Assembly: GCA_964499705.1 (NCBI GenBank)
Contig: CAZCME010000002.1
Coordinates: forward strand, 248,001-312,000
From: an uncultured bacterium
Lineage (GTDB): Bacteria; UBA8481
Direction of reading: 5' to 3'
Length of the DNA stretch: 64,000 nt
Position numbers and translations under genes: made by a program. This document shows positions 27,840 through 37,464 of the stretch, in pieces (positions within the stretch are counted from its first letter, which is position 1; each line of letters begins with the position of its first letter). The notes beneath the pieces are model-generated. The model was not told the origin of the DNA and searched no databases. It saw only the letters and a list, made by a program, of their open reading frames with translations.

Positions 27840-29711
27840 TTAAGGCGGCGAGATTGTCGCCAGCCATTCGAATCGGATCACATCGATCTGCCGAGGCGCG
27901 CCGCCCTGAAGAGCCCTTGACCATATCTGAACGACCGGCCGGCCGGTATCGGGTGTAACCTTCACAGCCGTGAAGATATATCTCGTGTCGGAATCCGCTC
28001 GAACATGGATCTCGGAGAGGCCCGGCGGCAGGACCGCGGTTTCGAAGTCGATGTGGTCGCTGAAACACCTCACCCGGATCGACTCGCTGCCGTCCTCCGT
28101 TCGGAAGTATTCGCCATCAGTCCTTCGATATTGGCTGATGCGAAGCCGCTGGAGCGTGAGAGGTTTCATGCGAGCCGGCATGGAAGCCGTGCTGTAGTAG
28201 GGCTCCGGATTCATGATCAGCACGTCGCCATCGAGGTGACCGGCGGCCAGGCCATGACCTGGCGCAATCGCCCCCGTCGACGTGTCCTCCATGAAGGGGG
28301 GGATGAAAACATAGGCCGTGGAAATGCGTGGTGAATAGAAGCGCAGCGTGTTCGAGTGAATATGATAGATCGCTGTATATTCATCCTCAGGATGGAAGAA
28401 GTAGTCGCGGGGGTGAAGCGCGTAAAAAGTGCCATACCACAGGATGCGGTGATCCGCTTTCGCGGCCTCTTCCGCCAGCCGAGCCAGCCTGCGGGGAAAA
28501 TCCGAGCGGTAGAGAGGATCGAGATAGCGCAGGCCCGCCCGCATTCCCGCGGCGGCAGGCAGCAGGAGCGTCAAAAAGCCCAGCAGAGGCAGGAGAACCG
28601 CGGCTCGGCGGGGCGAGAGCGAGCGGATCCCCTGCGCCACAGTCGCGGCTCCGGTTGCGGCGAAGATATAGATCGGCAGAATGAACGACAGGAGTATGCG
28701 CGCCTCCTTCCACCAGATGATGAAGGCATGGACGAAGAAGAAAATGCCAAGCCAGATGGCTGGCAGAATCTTGGATCGGTCGCGCGCGCGAAGCGCGTGG
28801 ATCGCTCCAATGAGAGCCAACAGCAGAACGGGCGGTGTGATGGAGAGTTGAAGGAAAGCAATGTACTGCGCGGGAGGCTGCGGCGAGACGCTGTCCGTCC
28901 GGAGCACCAAAATCAATTGCCGCATGAAATGCGCCATGGCTTCCCCGGGCGGGCTGATGCCAAGCCGGGGATACAGGAGTGTGGGAATGATGAACAGAAG
29001 AATGAAGAGCGGCGCAATGGCGGCAAATACCGTGAGCCGCAGCAAACCGGACAGCACGTTTTCAGGCAGGCGCTTTGTCCAGGACTGCGACAGCATCAGG
29101 AGGATCAGTTCGTGCAGAAGAATGACCGATGCGACGAGCGGTATCAGGTTATACCGCATGGTGCTGGCGAGCGTGACGGCACCCGCGAGAATGAGGAGGC
29201 GACCTATAGTCCAGCGTTCGCGCCAATGCAGGTAGAGATAGAAGGCGAGCCCGACGCAGCACGCCGCCGGCACATCTTCCTTGGCCAGCGGCGCGGCGTT
29301 GATGAGCACGGGATTGCAGAGAAGAAGGAGAAGTCCGAAACCGGCGGCCGGCGGATCAACGTGGAAGCGCAGCAATCGCCAGGCGACGCCGATGAAAGCG
29401 GCCGTGAAAATCGCCGCGAGGACGTGGCTGGCCAGGAAAAGATCCGGCTGGCCGCAGGTCCGCTCCAGCCATGCCAGCGGCGCGAGCAGGAGAGGCAGGG
29501 CGAAAGGGCGGTTGGTCGAATAAGCAGCAACATCACCGCCGCCGATGGCGCGGGCGTTCAACAGAATTTCGTAGCTGTCGTAGTAATCGAGGGTGAGAGT
29601 GAGCGCGATGGAGGCGATGAAAAGATACCAGGCCGCCACGGCGATCAGGAAACAGGCGATCGAAACTCGCGCCACATTGCGGCTCATGCGGCCGGTTTCA
29701 TCCGTCATCAT
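27840..29711 (-). CDS. GT-C fold (ArnT/PMT-like) membrane glycosyltransferase
   Basis: TM1 followed by YYDSYEILLNA, RPFALPLLL, KEDVP, MRY, KEARILL; soluble C-terminal domain. Confidence 0.6.
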   Translation of the reverse strand: MMTDETGRMSRNVARVSIACFLIAVAAWYLFIASIALTLTLDYYDSYEILLNARAIGGGDVAAYSTNRPFALPLLLAPLAWLERTCGQPDLFLASHVLAAIFTAAFIGVAWRLLRFHVDPPAAGFGLLLLLCNPVLINAAPLAKEDVPAACCVGLAFYLYLHWRERWTIGRLLILAGAVTLASTMRYNLIPLVASVILLHELILLMLSQSWTKRLPENVLSGLLRLTVFAAIAPLFILLFIIPTLLYPRLGISPPGEAMAHFMRQLILVLRTDSVSPQPPAQYIAFLQLSITPPVLLLALIGAIHALRARDRSKILPAIWLGIFFFVHAFIIWWKEARILLSFILPIYIFAATGAATVAQGIRSLSPRRAAVLLPLLGFLTLLLPAAAGMRAGLRYLDPLYRSDFPRRLARLAEEAAKADHRILWYGTFYALHPRDYFFHPEDEYTAIYHIHSNTLRFYSPRISTAYVFIPPFMEDTSTGAIAPGHGLAAGHLDGDVLIMNPEPYYSTASMPARMKPLTLQRLRISQYRRTDGEYFRTEDGSESIRVRCFSDHIDFETAVLPPGLSEIHVRADSDTRYIFTAVKVTPDTGRPVVQIWSRALQGGAPRQIDVIRFEWLATISPP

Positions 29712-29804
29712 TCACGAAGAAGTATAGGTGATGATGGGATCGTGTCCAGTTGAGGAGCGGAAGTCGGTCGCGTCAAGAATCTTCCTGCCGGAAAAACCAG
29801 GAAA

Positions 29805-32462
29805 TCAGTATCCAAGGATTACGAACGGCGCCCAGAAATAGGGGTGCTCATATCGCGGAAGAGATCGCAGGCTGAGCCGGGCGCGCTGGAGCGCTTCATC
29901 CGGGGAAAGTCCCTCGGATTTCAGGCCGCGATAAAATGCGGTCATCAGGCGCGCCGTCGCCTCGTCCGATACCGGCCAGAGGCTGACGATGACCGCGTCG
30001 GAGCCTCCGAGGAGGAACGCGCGCGCCAGGGAGGAGACTCCGGTGCGGGGCAGGTACTCGGCTGAAAGTCCGCTCTGGCAGGCGGAGAGCACAGTCAGGC
30101 GAGTGCGCGCGGGGTGGCGGAGGATTTCCGAGAGCGTGAGGAATCCGTCCTGCGGCGCCACGTTGCCGACGAGCGAGAGAACGAGCGCGGGCTCGCGGCC
30201 CGGTCCATCTTCAAGCGCGCCATGACAGGCGAAATGAACATATCCAAGGTCCCGTTGGCCGAGTTGCGTATCGAGTTCCGCTTCGCGCGCCCGGTCTCCG
30301 AGGAGCGTGACGGACTGCCCGGCGGGGAAGAGGCGCGCAATCGACTGGACCTCCACGCGCGTCCCCGGCAACGGTGCCCAGGAACCGCGGATCGTTTCCG
30401 AGTAGCGCCGCGCGGCCCGGCTCGCTTCCTGGTCCCTCGATCCGGTCGCGGCATAGAGCGGATTACCGAGAGCGAGAAGCCTGCTTCCGGCCTGCCGTTC
30501 ATGGGGGGCGAGCGCACGCATCAGCGCGAAAATCGATAATGACGGGACATAAGTGAGCAGGAACTTTTCTCCCAGAGGCGCGCCATCCGGGCGTGGAAGC
30601 ATCTCGAAGGCGACACGCTCCATGATGCCCGCGGGCGCGATGATCCATTTCGCCATATCAACCCACGCGGTTGCGGATGGAATCAGCTCCGCGGCAAGTC
30701 GCGAGAGAAACGTGTCGATCGGATCGCCCCGCAAGAGGCTTTCGCGCATGAGCCGGATATCGGTTGTGAGAGCGGACTCGGATGAGAGCTCATGAAGCGT
30801 GGCGCTTTCGCGATTCACGACGAGGAGATAGGCATGTTCCGGCGCTATGAGATAAGCGAGAGCGGCTTCCGTCTCCGCGAGAACGCGCCGCAGAGATTCC
30901 AGCCGGACCGGAACGGGATACCGGAGCGCCGCATACCGGGGATGTTCGCTCTGGATCCGCCTGATGAACGAATCGCGCCCTTCTTCCCACAGAACCCGTT
31001 CCGCGTCGGCGGTCGGTTCTCCGGCGGCCGCATCGAGCCGTCGTCCTTCGGCCTCTAACATCCGCTCCTCCGCGGCTTCGCTCTCCGGAAGCGCGCCGGA
31101 GAGATCGGCGCGTGAAATCGCGACGAGCTCCAGGAATTCCCACGCGGAGGCGACTTCGATGGCCCGCAGCGCGGCTTCTGCGTCGAGAGGAACGCCCTGG
31201 AGTTCGAGCGCTTTCCGGATCCTCAGGATCTCCGCGGGAATTTCTCTCCATCGGAGCTCCTGGATTCCGCGCGCGGCCTGCGAGAGTTCGCCGCGCATCC
31301 GATGGAGCAGTGCGAGCGCGGACTCGGCGCGGCGCAGAGCGCGCCGGAGCTGATCGACGCGGTCCCCGGGCATGGATGCTTCGAGCCGGGCGAGGTCGCG
31401 GAGAACGTCGATGGTGATCGGGAGCGGCCGCCAGGGCGAAGAGGTATCTCGCGGAAAAGGATCCGACAGCGCATCGAGGGCCTGTTCCAGCGCGCGCTGC
31501 GCAGGACCTGTTTCGCCGAGGCTGCGGTGTGCCGCGGCGATGCGATGGAGAGCGATCGCGGCGGAAACGTGCCGGCCGAGACCGCGGCGCGACAGCGAAA
31601 GAGCACGCTGGAGCGGAGCCAGGGCATCGCGGGCATGGCCCATCTGAAGGAGGATGCGCCCGAGATTATTCTCGGCCGATGCGATCTGCGGATGACTTTC
31701 TCCCAGAGCTGATTTCCATATCGCGAGCGCACGCCCGGCGGCATCGAGCGCTTCGACGAGAGATCCGGACTCCCGCAGCGCGGCGGCAAGATTATTCCAG
31801 GAAGCCGCGACGTCGGGATGCGACTCGCCGCGCGTGGCAATCCGGATGGCCAGGGCTCGCCGGTGCGCTCCGATCGCGGAGTCGCTCTCGCCCATGCCGT
31901 TCCACGCGGTCGCGAGATTGTTCCAGGAAGCCGCCACGACGGGATGCGTCTCGCCGAAGAGCGCGCGGCGCATCGCGAGAGCCTGGCTCTGATAATCGAT
32001 GGCGAGCGGAAGGTCACCGCGCGAACGATGCACGGTCCCGAGATTGGCGAGGGATGTCGCCACGAGCGGCCCCGACTCCCCGTCAAGCGCCTGACGGATC
32101 GCCAAGGCGCGCTCGTGCCGCTCCAGGGCCCGGCGATAGTCGGCGAGATTGTAGGAGAGGATCGCCGCGTCGTTCAGGACGCCGGCGACGCCTGCATGCG
32201 TTTCTCCGAAAGTCCCGCGCAGAATTCCGAGCGCGCGCTGATAATGTTCTTCCGCTTCCCGGAAGTGTCGAAGCTCCTCGTGAATCGCTGCGATCCGGTG
32301 CAGGGTCGCGGCGACATCGGGATGTCTTGCGCCGACGGTCGAATACTGCTCGTCGAGGACACGCTGAAAATGCAGCAGGTCGGAATCAAGATCCGCGCGC
32401 GCCGGAGCCGCTAACAAGAAAAATATGGTCAGGTGGAGGAAGACAGTCCTTGCATGAGTCAT
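29805..32462 (-). CDS. Exported TPR-CHAT (caspase-like) protease
   Basis: Signal peptide MTHARTVFLHLTIFFLLAAPARA; about 7 KLC-type TPRs (HPDVAASWNNLA); CHAT motifs LPGTRVE, VHFACHG, LSACQSG, SLWPVSD, HPYFWAPF. Confidence 0.9.
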   Translation of the reverse strand: MTHARTVFLHLTIFFLLAAPARADLDSDLLHFQRVLDEQYSTVGARHPDVAATLHRIAAIHEELRHFREAEEHYQRALGILRGTFGETHAGVAGVLNDAAILSYNLADYRRALERHERALAIRQALDGESGPLVATSLANLGTVHRSRGDLPLAIDYQSQALAMRRALFGETHPVVAASWNNLATAWNGMGESDSAIGAHRRALAIRIATRGESHPDVAASWNNLAAALRESGSLVEALDAAGRALAIWKSALGESHPQIASAENNLGRILLQMGHARDALAPLQRALSLSRRGLGRHVSAAIALHRIAAAHRSLGETGPAQRALEQALDALSDPFPRDTSSPWRPLPITIDVLRDLARLEASMPGDRVDQLRRALRRAESALALLHRMRGELSQAARGIQELRWREIPAEILRIRKALELQGVPLDAEAALRAIEVASAWEFLELVAISRADLSGALPESEAAEERMLEAEGRRLDAAAGEPTADAERVLWEEGRDSFIRRIQSEHPRYAALRYPVPVRLESLRRVLAETEAALAYLIAPEHAYLLVVNRESATLHELSSESALTTDIRLMRESLLRGDPIDTFLSRLAAELIPSATAWVDMAKWIIAPAGIMERVAFEMLPRPDGAPLGEKFLLTYVPSLSIFALMRALAPHERQAGSRLLALGNPLYAATGSRDQEASRAARRYSETIRGSWAPLPGTRVEVQSIARLFPAGQSVTLLGDRAREAELDTQLGQRDLGYVHFACHGALEDGPGREPALVLSLVGNVAPQDGFLTLSEILRHPARTRLTVLSACQSGLSAEYLPRTGVSSLARAFLLGGSDAVIVSLWPVSDEATARLMTAFYRGLKSEGLSPDEALQRARLSLRSLPRYEHPYFWAPFVILGY

Positions 32463-32478
32463 CGCGGGAAGAGCTGGA

Positions 32479-33960
32479 TCAGGGGGCGAGGACGAGAGCA
32501 TTCTCGCCGGTCGCGGATTCGCCGTCCTCTCCGACCGCGGTGACGCAGAGAATGTGGCTCGAATTTCTGGAGAGCGCGGACGAGCTGCGAGCCACCTCCT
32601 CCGACTCCTCGACCGGCTTCCACTGCCGGCCGCGCAGGACGTAGATTCGATAGAGCTTCGCGCCGATGCTCGGAAGCCATTGCATCCTGAGCGAACCGGT
32701 ATCGGACGCGGACACGCGTGTCGCGCGGCTCGGCACAGCAAGAGCGGGAACCGGCGCGGAGCCGGCTTCGCGGCAGACGAAGAGCCGATATCGTCCCATC
32801 ACCGGTGCGTTCGGCGTGGTGGCGAAGATCTCGAGGTTGCCGGCCTGCGAAACGGTGACGCGCAATTGGGCGGTGTACGTATTGCGCGCACCGTTGTCAT
32901 TCTCCACCACCACGCCGCCGGGCGCGCGAACAACGAGATAAGGATCGTAGGGCGCGAGGAGCTGGACCGTGTAGACCTCTCCCGCCTTCACGGCGATCGT
33001 GTGCAAGTCGTAATACGTCCCGTTCTCCCGCTTCGGATCTTGCGCGGCAAGCTGGCCCCGCATGCTCAGCACCTGGTCCTCCTGCGGATAAGTTCTCGGA
33101 TCGATCAGCTCCGCGCCTTCCGGAGGACGTCGTGACGCGGCCGTAGTATTCTCGGGAGGTGCCGCCGCATTCGCACCGGCGCCGGCCACGGCATCCGCCC
33201 ATGCCGCCGTGAAGCCGAAGGGGGAAGGCGGCGGGCCCGTGATCGGTCGGATCGATCCGATCGAACCGTCTCGTTCGATGACCGCCTCGCGCCCGGGCGC
33301 GATCACGGCCTCAGCGTCCGTCGTGCGTACTCCCACGCTTCCCGACCAGGACCTCGCGATCGTGCGTCCCTGCTCGTCGACTTCCACGTCGAATTCCGTG
33401 CCGCGCACGAAAACGTCGGCGGTCGCGGTGCGGACGAGGTACGTCCGATGGGGCGAAGAGGAGACGGTGTTCTGGATCCGGCCCGCCAGGAGCGCGAACT
33501 GGTGCCCGTCCGCGTCCGCCTGCCGAATCTCCAGCGACGATTTTTCTCCGACCGCGAAGACACCGCGCGTGCCGGCGGCCGCTTCGAAGCTCGAGGCCGC
33601 GCCGGTCCTCAACGCTGCGCCTGTCGGAAGACGCGTTCCCACGGAGAGCGTTTTCCATGTTCCGGTCGAGCTTTCCTGGTAACGGACATCGCCATACACA
33701 CGGCGCACTTGCGGATGTTCGATCGAGGTTTCCGGAGCTTTTGTGGCGGGCGTGTCCTTTTTAACCGTCGGTGTCAGGTTGATGGAGATGCCGATCGAAG
33801 GGCGACCGCCATGCCCCGGGCTGGAACGAGGAGGAGGCGTGCCTCCTTCTCCCATGTCCCCGGTCCCCCGCATCGGCGCGCAGAACAGGACACCGACCAG
33901 GAGAGCCATGACGCCGCGCATCATGCTGCTCGACGCTTTCTTTCGCCGCACCCTCATCAT
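32479..33960 (-). CDS. Exported FecR-domain protein with PPC-like and C-terminal beta (FN3-like) domains
   Basis: Hydrophobic signal; FecR motifs LRTGAASS, VGEKSSL, VRTATA, VRGTEFDV; PPC-like YYDLHTI..GEVYTVQL..DPYLVV..ENDNG. Confidence 0.78.
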   Translation of the reverse strand: MMRVRRKKASSSMMRGVMALLVGVLFCAPMRGTGDMGEGGTPPPRSSPGHGGRPSIGISINLTPTVKKDTPATKAPETSIEHPQVRRVYGDVRYQESSTGTWKTLSVGTRLPTGAALRTGAASSFEAAAGTRGVFAVGEKSSLEIRQADADGHQFALLAGRIQNTVSSSPHRTYLVRTATADVFVRGTEFDVEVDEQGRTIARSWSGSVGVRTTDAEAVIAPGREAVIERDGSIGSIRPITGPPPSPFGFTAAWADAVAGAGANAAAPPENTTAASRRPPEGAELIDPRTYPQEDQVLSMRGQLAAQDPKRENGTYYDLHTIAVKAGEVYTVQLLAPYDPYLVVRAPGGVVVENDNGARNTYTAQLRVTVSQAGNLEIFATTPNAPVMGRYRLFVCREAGSAPVPALAVPSRATRVSASDTGSLRMQWLPSIGAKLYRIYVLRGRQWKPVEESEEVARSSSALSRNSSHILCVTAVGEDGESATGENALVLAP

Positions 33961-34008
33961 GGGAAGTGTAGCACTATGGAGCAAACATCCATAGTCTATC
34001 GCGCACAC

Positions 34009-35796
34009 ATGGGAATCATCCTCAGTTGCCGCAACCTCACCAAGGGCTTTGGCTCACGGCCTCTCTTCGAAGGCCTGTCCTTCGGCTTGAACGAGAAGGA
34101 ACGCGCGGGCCTCATTGGCCCGAACGGCGCCGGCAAGTCGACGCTTCTGAAAATTCTCGCCGGATCGGAGAAATCCGACGACGGAGAACTGGCCGTCCGT
34201 CGCGGTCTCCAGGTGCGCTACCTGGCTCAGACGGACTCCTTCGAAAATGAGCACGAGGAGATGACGGTGCGCGAAGACCTGGTCGCGTCGCTGAGAGAAC
34301 TGGACCTCGAGGAGTGGGAACTCGAGATGCGCGTGGAGAACGGGCTTGCGGAAACGGGGTGCGATCCGGATCAGAAGGTCGCGAGCCTTTCCGGCGGCTG
34401 GCGCAAGCGCCTCGCCATCCTCGAAGAGGTCATCCGTGAACCGGATCTGCTCTTCCTGGATGAACCGACCAATCACCTCGATCTCGAAGGCGTGCTCTGG
34501 TTGGAGCGATTCCTCGTGCGCATCGATTTCGCCATCGTCGTGGTGACGCACGACCGGCGTTTTCTCGAAGCGGTCTGCAACCGTGTCATCGAGCTGAACA
34601 AGCGTTACGCGGAGGGATACTTCAGCAGCGTCGGCAATTACAGCCAGTTCGTCGAGAATCGCGCGGCGCTCTTTGAGGCGCAGGCCGCCCAGGAGGAATC
34701 CGCGCGAAACGTCGTGCGACGGGAGATCGAGTGGCTCCGCCGGGGACCGAAGGCGAGAACGACGAAGCAGAAGGCGCGCATCGACCGGGCCGGGGTGCTG
34801 ATCGACGACCTCGCGGAGCTGTCCTATCGCAACGCGCAGGACCGGACGGCGAGGATCGATTTTTCGCACAGCCGGCGCCGGAGCCGGAAGCTCGTGGAAT
34901 TCATACAGGTGGAGAAGACCAGGGGCGGCCGGAAACTCTTCGGCCCGACGGACCTGATCCTGGGCCCGGGCGACAAGCTGGGGCTACTCGGCGGAAACGG
35001 CAGCGGCAAGAGCACGCTCCTGAAGTTGATGGCGGGAGAATTGGAGCCGGACTCGGGGAGAATCAAGCGCGCGGAGAATCTGAAGGTCGTGTATTTCGAT
35101 CAGCAGCGCGAGCAGCTCGATCTGACCCTGAGTCTCAAGCGGGCGCTGTGCGAGAAGGGAGAGTTCGTGGAGTACAAGGGTAATCCCATTCATGTTGTCG
35201 GATGGGCCGACCGATTCCTTTTCTCGAAGAGCCAGCTCGATACTCCGCTCTCCCGCCTTTCCGGCGGCGAGCAGGCGCGCGTGCTCATCGCGCGACTCAT
35301 GCTCCGTCCCGCCGACCTCCTGCTCCTTGACGAACCGACGAACGATCTCGATATCAACTCGCTCGAGGTTCTGGAGACGAGCATGATGGAATTCTCGGGT
35401 GCCCTGGTGCTTGTGACACACGACCGATACCTGCTGGACCGCGTGAGCGACCAGATCGTTGAACTCGACGGCCGGGGCACCGCCCGCTTCTTCGCCGACC
35501 TGGCGCAATGGGAGGATTACGAAGCGAAGCCGCCCGCATCTTCGGCGCCCATCGTCGCGAAGCAGGAGCCCGTCGAAAGCGAATCGGCGCGGGCTCTCAG
35601 GAAATCGCGGGAGCTTTCCAGTCTCGAAAGCAGGATCGCGTCTGCGGAAGAAGAGTGCCGCCGGGCGAAGGCAGCCCTGGAAGATCCCGCCATCGCTTCG
35701 AACGCGGAGGAACTGATCGCGCGGCAGATCAATTCGGACGAGGCTCAGGCGCGCCTGGATAAGCTCTGGGATCAGGCTGCTGCATTTCAACATTAA
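34009..35796 (+). CDS. uup: ABC-F family ATPase (Uup-like)
   Basis: Two ABC domains (GPNGAGKST, LSGGWRKR, DEPTNHLD; GGNGSGKST, LSGGEQAR, DEPTNDLD), EIEWLRRGPKARTTKQKAR linker, C-terminal coiled coil. Confidence 0.9.
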   Translation: MGIILSCRNLTKGFGSRPLFEGLSFGLNEKERAGLIGPNGAGKSTLLKILAGSEKSDDGELAVRRGLQVRYLAQTDSFENEHEEMTVREDLVASLRELDLEEWELEMRVENGLAETGCDPDQKVASLSGGWRKRLAILEEVIREPDLLFLDEPTNHLDLEGVLWLERFLVRIDFAIVVVTHDRRFLEAVCNRVIELNKRYAEGYFSSVGNYSQFVENRAALFEAQAAQEESARNVVRREIEWLRRGPKARTTKQKARIDRAGVLIDDLAELSYRNAQDRTARIDFSHSRRRSRKLVEFIQVEKTRGGRKLFGPTDLILGPGDKLGLLGGNGSGKSTLLKLMAGELEPDSGRIKRAENLKVVYFDQQREQLDLTLSLKRALCEKGEFVEYKGNPIHVVGWADRFLFSKSQLDTPLSRLSGGEQARVLIARLMLRPADLLLLDEPTNDLDINSLEVLETSMMEFSGALVLVTHDRYLLDRVSDQIVELDGRGTARFFADLAQWEDYEAKPPASSAPIVAKQEPVESESARALRKSRELSSLESRIASAEEECRRAKAALEDPAIASNAEELIARQINSDEAQARLDKLWDQAAAFQH

Positions 35797-35810
35797 GCAC
35801 GGCGCGATGC
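35743..35810 (+). repeat. 68-bp direct repeat, copy 1 (ABC-F 3' end; attL-like)
   Basis: GCTCAGGCGCGCCTGGATAAGCTCTGGGATCAGGCTGCTGCATTTCAACATTAAGCACG(G/A)CGCGATGC recurs 1632 bp downstream with one mismatch. Confidence 0.95.
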
Positions 35811-35889
35811 CAGGCCGCCTCATTTCCTTTTGTTTTTTCGAGCGGAGTGAGAATTCTTTCCGATCAGGATCATATCGGTTGAATGCCGC

Positions 35890-37254
35890 TCAGATTGACA
35901 ATCGAACGATTCTGGCGACCATGAGCGTGACGATGCTTGTAAAGATGAGGTATGCGAGATAATTCGTGATGGGATCCCGGTAGGCGGCCCACCGATCTTC
36001 CGGAGGATCGCGTCGGACCTCGATCTGGCGAACGGGCGATTCGTAACCTCCCGCCGCGATCAGAAGTTCCCGGCATCGCTCGTCTGTCGTGCAGGAAAGC
36101 GGTGTCATGTTGTCGGGTGTCCTCATGTTCGGGTCGGCTCCGTGCTCGAGGAGGAGTCGCACCGCCTCGAAGGATCCCGCGTTGGCGGCATACCAGAGAA
36201 GCGGTTGTCCCGTGCTCGCCCGTGCGTTTGGATTCGCTCCGTGTCGGAGCAGATTATCGATCAAGACCGAGTCGCCTCCTTTCGTGAGAATGACGTGCTC
36301 AAACGGAGAACCATACGGAAAATACGGCGATCGGGCGGGATCGGCGCCCGCATCGAGAAGGAGCTGGACCACATCATGATAACCGTGTTGAACTGCATAA
36401 TAGAGCGCGTATCGGTCGCGGACGCGCGCGCCGAGCCGGATGAGAGCCTTGACGGATTTCGCATGTCCCTCGTTCGCGGCAAGCTCCAACGGCGTGAATC
36501 CGCATGCGTCGGGAAAATCGTACGCTGCTCCATGCCGCGCGAGCATCCGGATGATCCGGGGCCGACCGTTGATTGCCGCGTACGACAGCGGCGAGCAGGA
36601 GCAGGATGCGGGATGGCTTTCGGGCGATACGCCGCTATCGAGCAGTTGCCTGACGGACGCCGAAGAGTTTCGAAAAATCGCGTATTCCATCGGCGAAAGC
36701 TCGCCTTCATCCAGCGAAAGAATCTCAGGGAGGCCCGATTCGATCAGACGCTGGAGCATCATCGTGTCGCCACGATCGATCGCGCGCCGAACTTTCGCTT
36801 CGTCCGCCAATACAGGTTTCGAGGGCAGTGAATCGCGCAATTCGCTCCACGGGATGCTTTCGGCCGCATCCAGGATCAGAGCGTTATGGAGACCGAGGGA
36901 ACCGCCCGAAACGGACGCGATCGTTCGACCCTCCGGTGACCATGCGGGCTCCTTTCTGGAGGAGTCTCGGCTGAAGCGCCGTATGATGGAGTGTTCGGAA
37001 GCACGAACTGTCCTGATTTCGGTGGCTCCGATGGAACTGAGAGGAGCGGCTTCCCAGAAACCGTCGACCCGAGCCGGTACTGCCGCGCTTATTCCGTCCG
37101 ACGCAACGACGTTCTGCTCGATTGCGAATCCTCCGGTCTGCGTCAGAAGTGCGGTCATTCCAGACTCTGCCTGAGATTCGTGGATCGACGCGCCGAGCGA
37201 CGCCATCTCGGAAAATAGGCAGATAAGGAACAATACCGAATATAGGACTCTCAT
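35890..37254 (-). CDS. Membrane-anchored exported ankyrin-repeat protein
   Basis: Signal peptide, one PD40-like motif (EPAWSPEG), about 7 ankyrin repeats (TPLELAANEGH, LLDAGADP, LLEHGADPN), C-terminal TM. Confidence 0.88.
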   Translation of the reverse strand: MRVLYSVLFLICLFSEMASLGASIHESQAESGMTALLTQTGGFAIEQNVVASDGISAAVPARVDGFWEAAPLSSIGATEIRTVRASEHSIIRRFSRDSSRKEPAWSPEGRTIASVSGGSLGLHNALILDAAESIPWSELRDSLPSKPVLADEAKVRRAIDRGDTMMLQRLIESGLPEILSLDEGELSPMEYAIFRNSSASVRQLLDSGVSPESHPASCSCSPLSYAAINGRPRIIRMLARHGAAYDFPDACGFTPLELAANEGHAKSVKALIRLGARVRDRYALYYAVQHGYHDVVQLLLDAGADPARSPYFPYGSPFEHVILTKGGDSVLIDNLLRHGANPNARASTGQPLLWYAANAGSFEAVRLLLEHGADPNMRTPDNMTPLSCTTDERCRELLIAAGGYESPVRQIEVRRDPPEDRWAAYRDPITNYLAYLIFTSIVTLMVARIVRLSI

Positions 37255-37374
37255 GGATGAAGTTACAAGCAGATCGCGTACCAGATCGGAAAGTGAGCAA
37301 GTCGCGTTTTCTGAACACGCCGTTGTCCTGAATTGTGTTCATCCGGACACAAACGTGGATGACTTGAAACAGCT

Positions 37375-37442
37375 GCTCAGGCGCGCCTGGATAAGCTCTG
37401 GGATCAGGCTGCTGCATTTCAACATTAAGCACGACGCGATGC
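37375..37442 (+). repeat. 68-bp direct repeat, copy 2 (attR-like)
   Basis: Identical to 35743-35810 except position 37434. Confidence 0.95.
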
Positions 37443-37464
37443 GGCCGGAGTGCGGTCTGAATCC

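Noticed and set aside
31650-32330. Roughly 126-bp periodic similarity
   Set aside because: Explained by the 42-aa TPR repeats of the CHAT protein.
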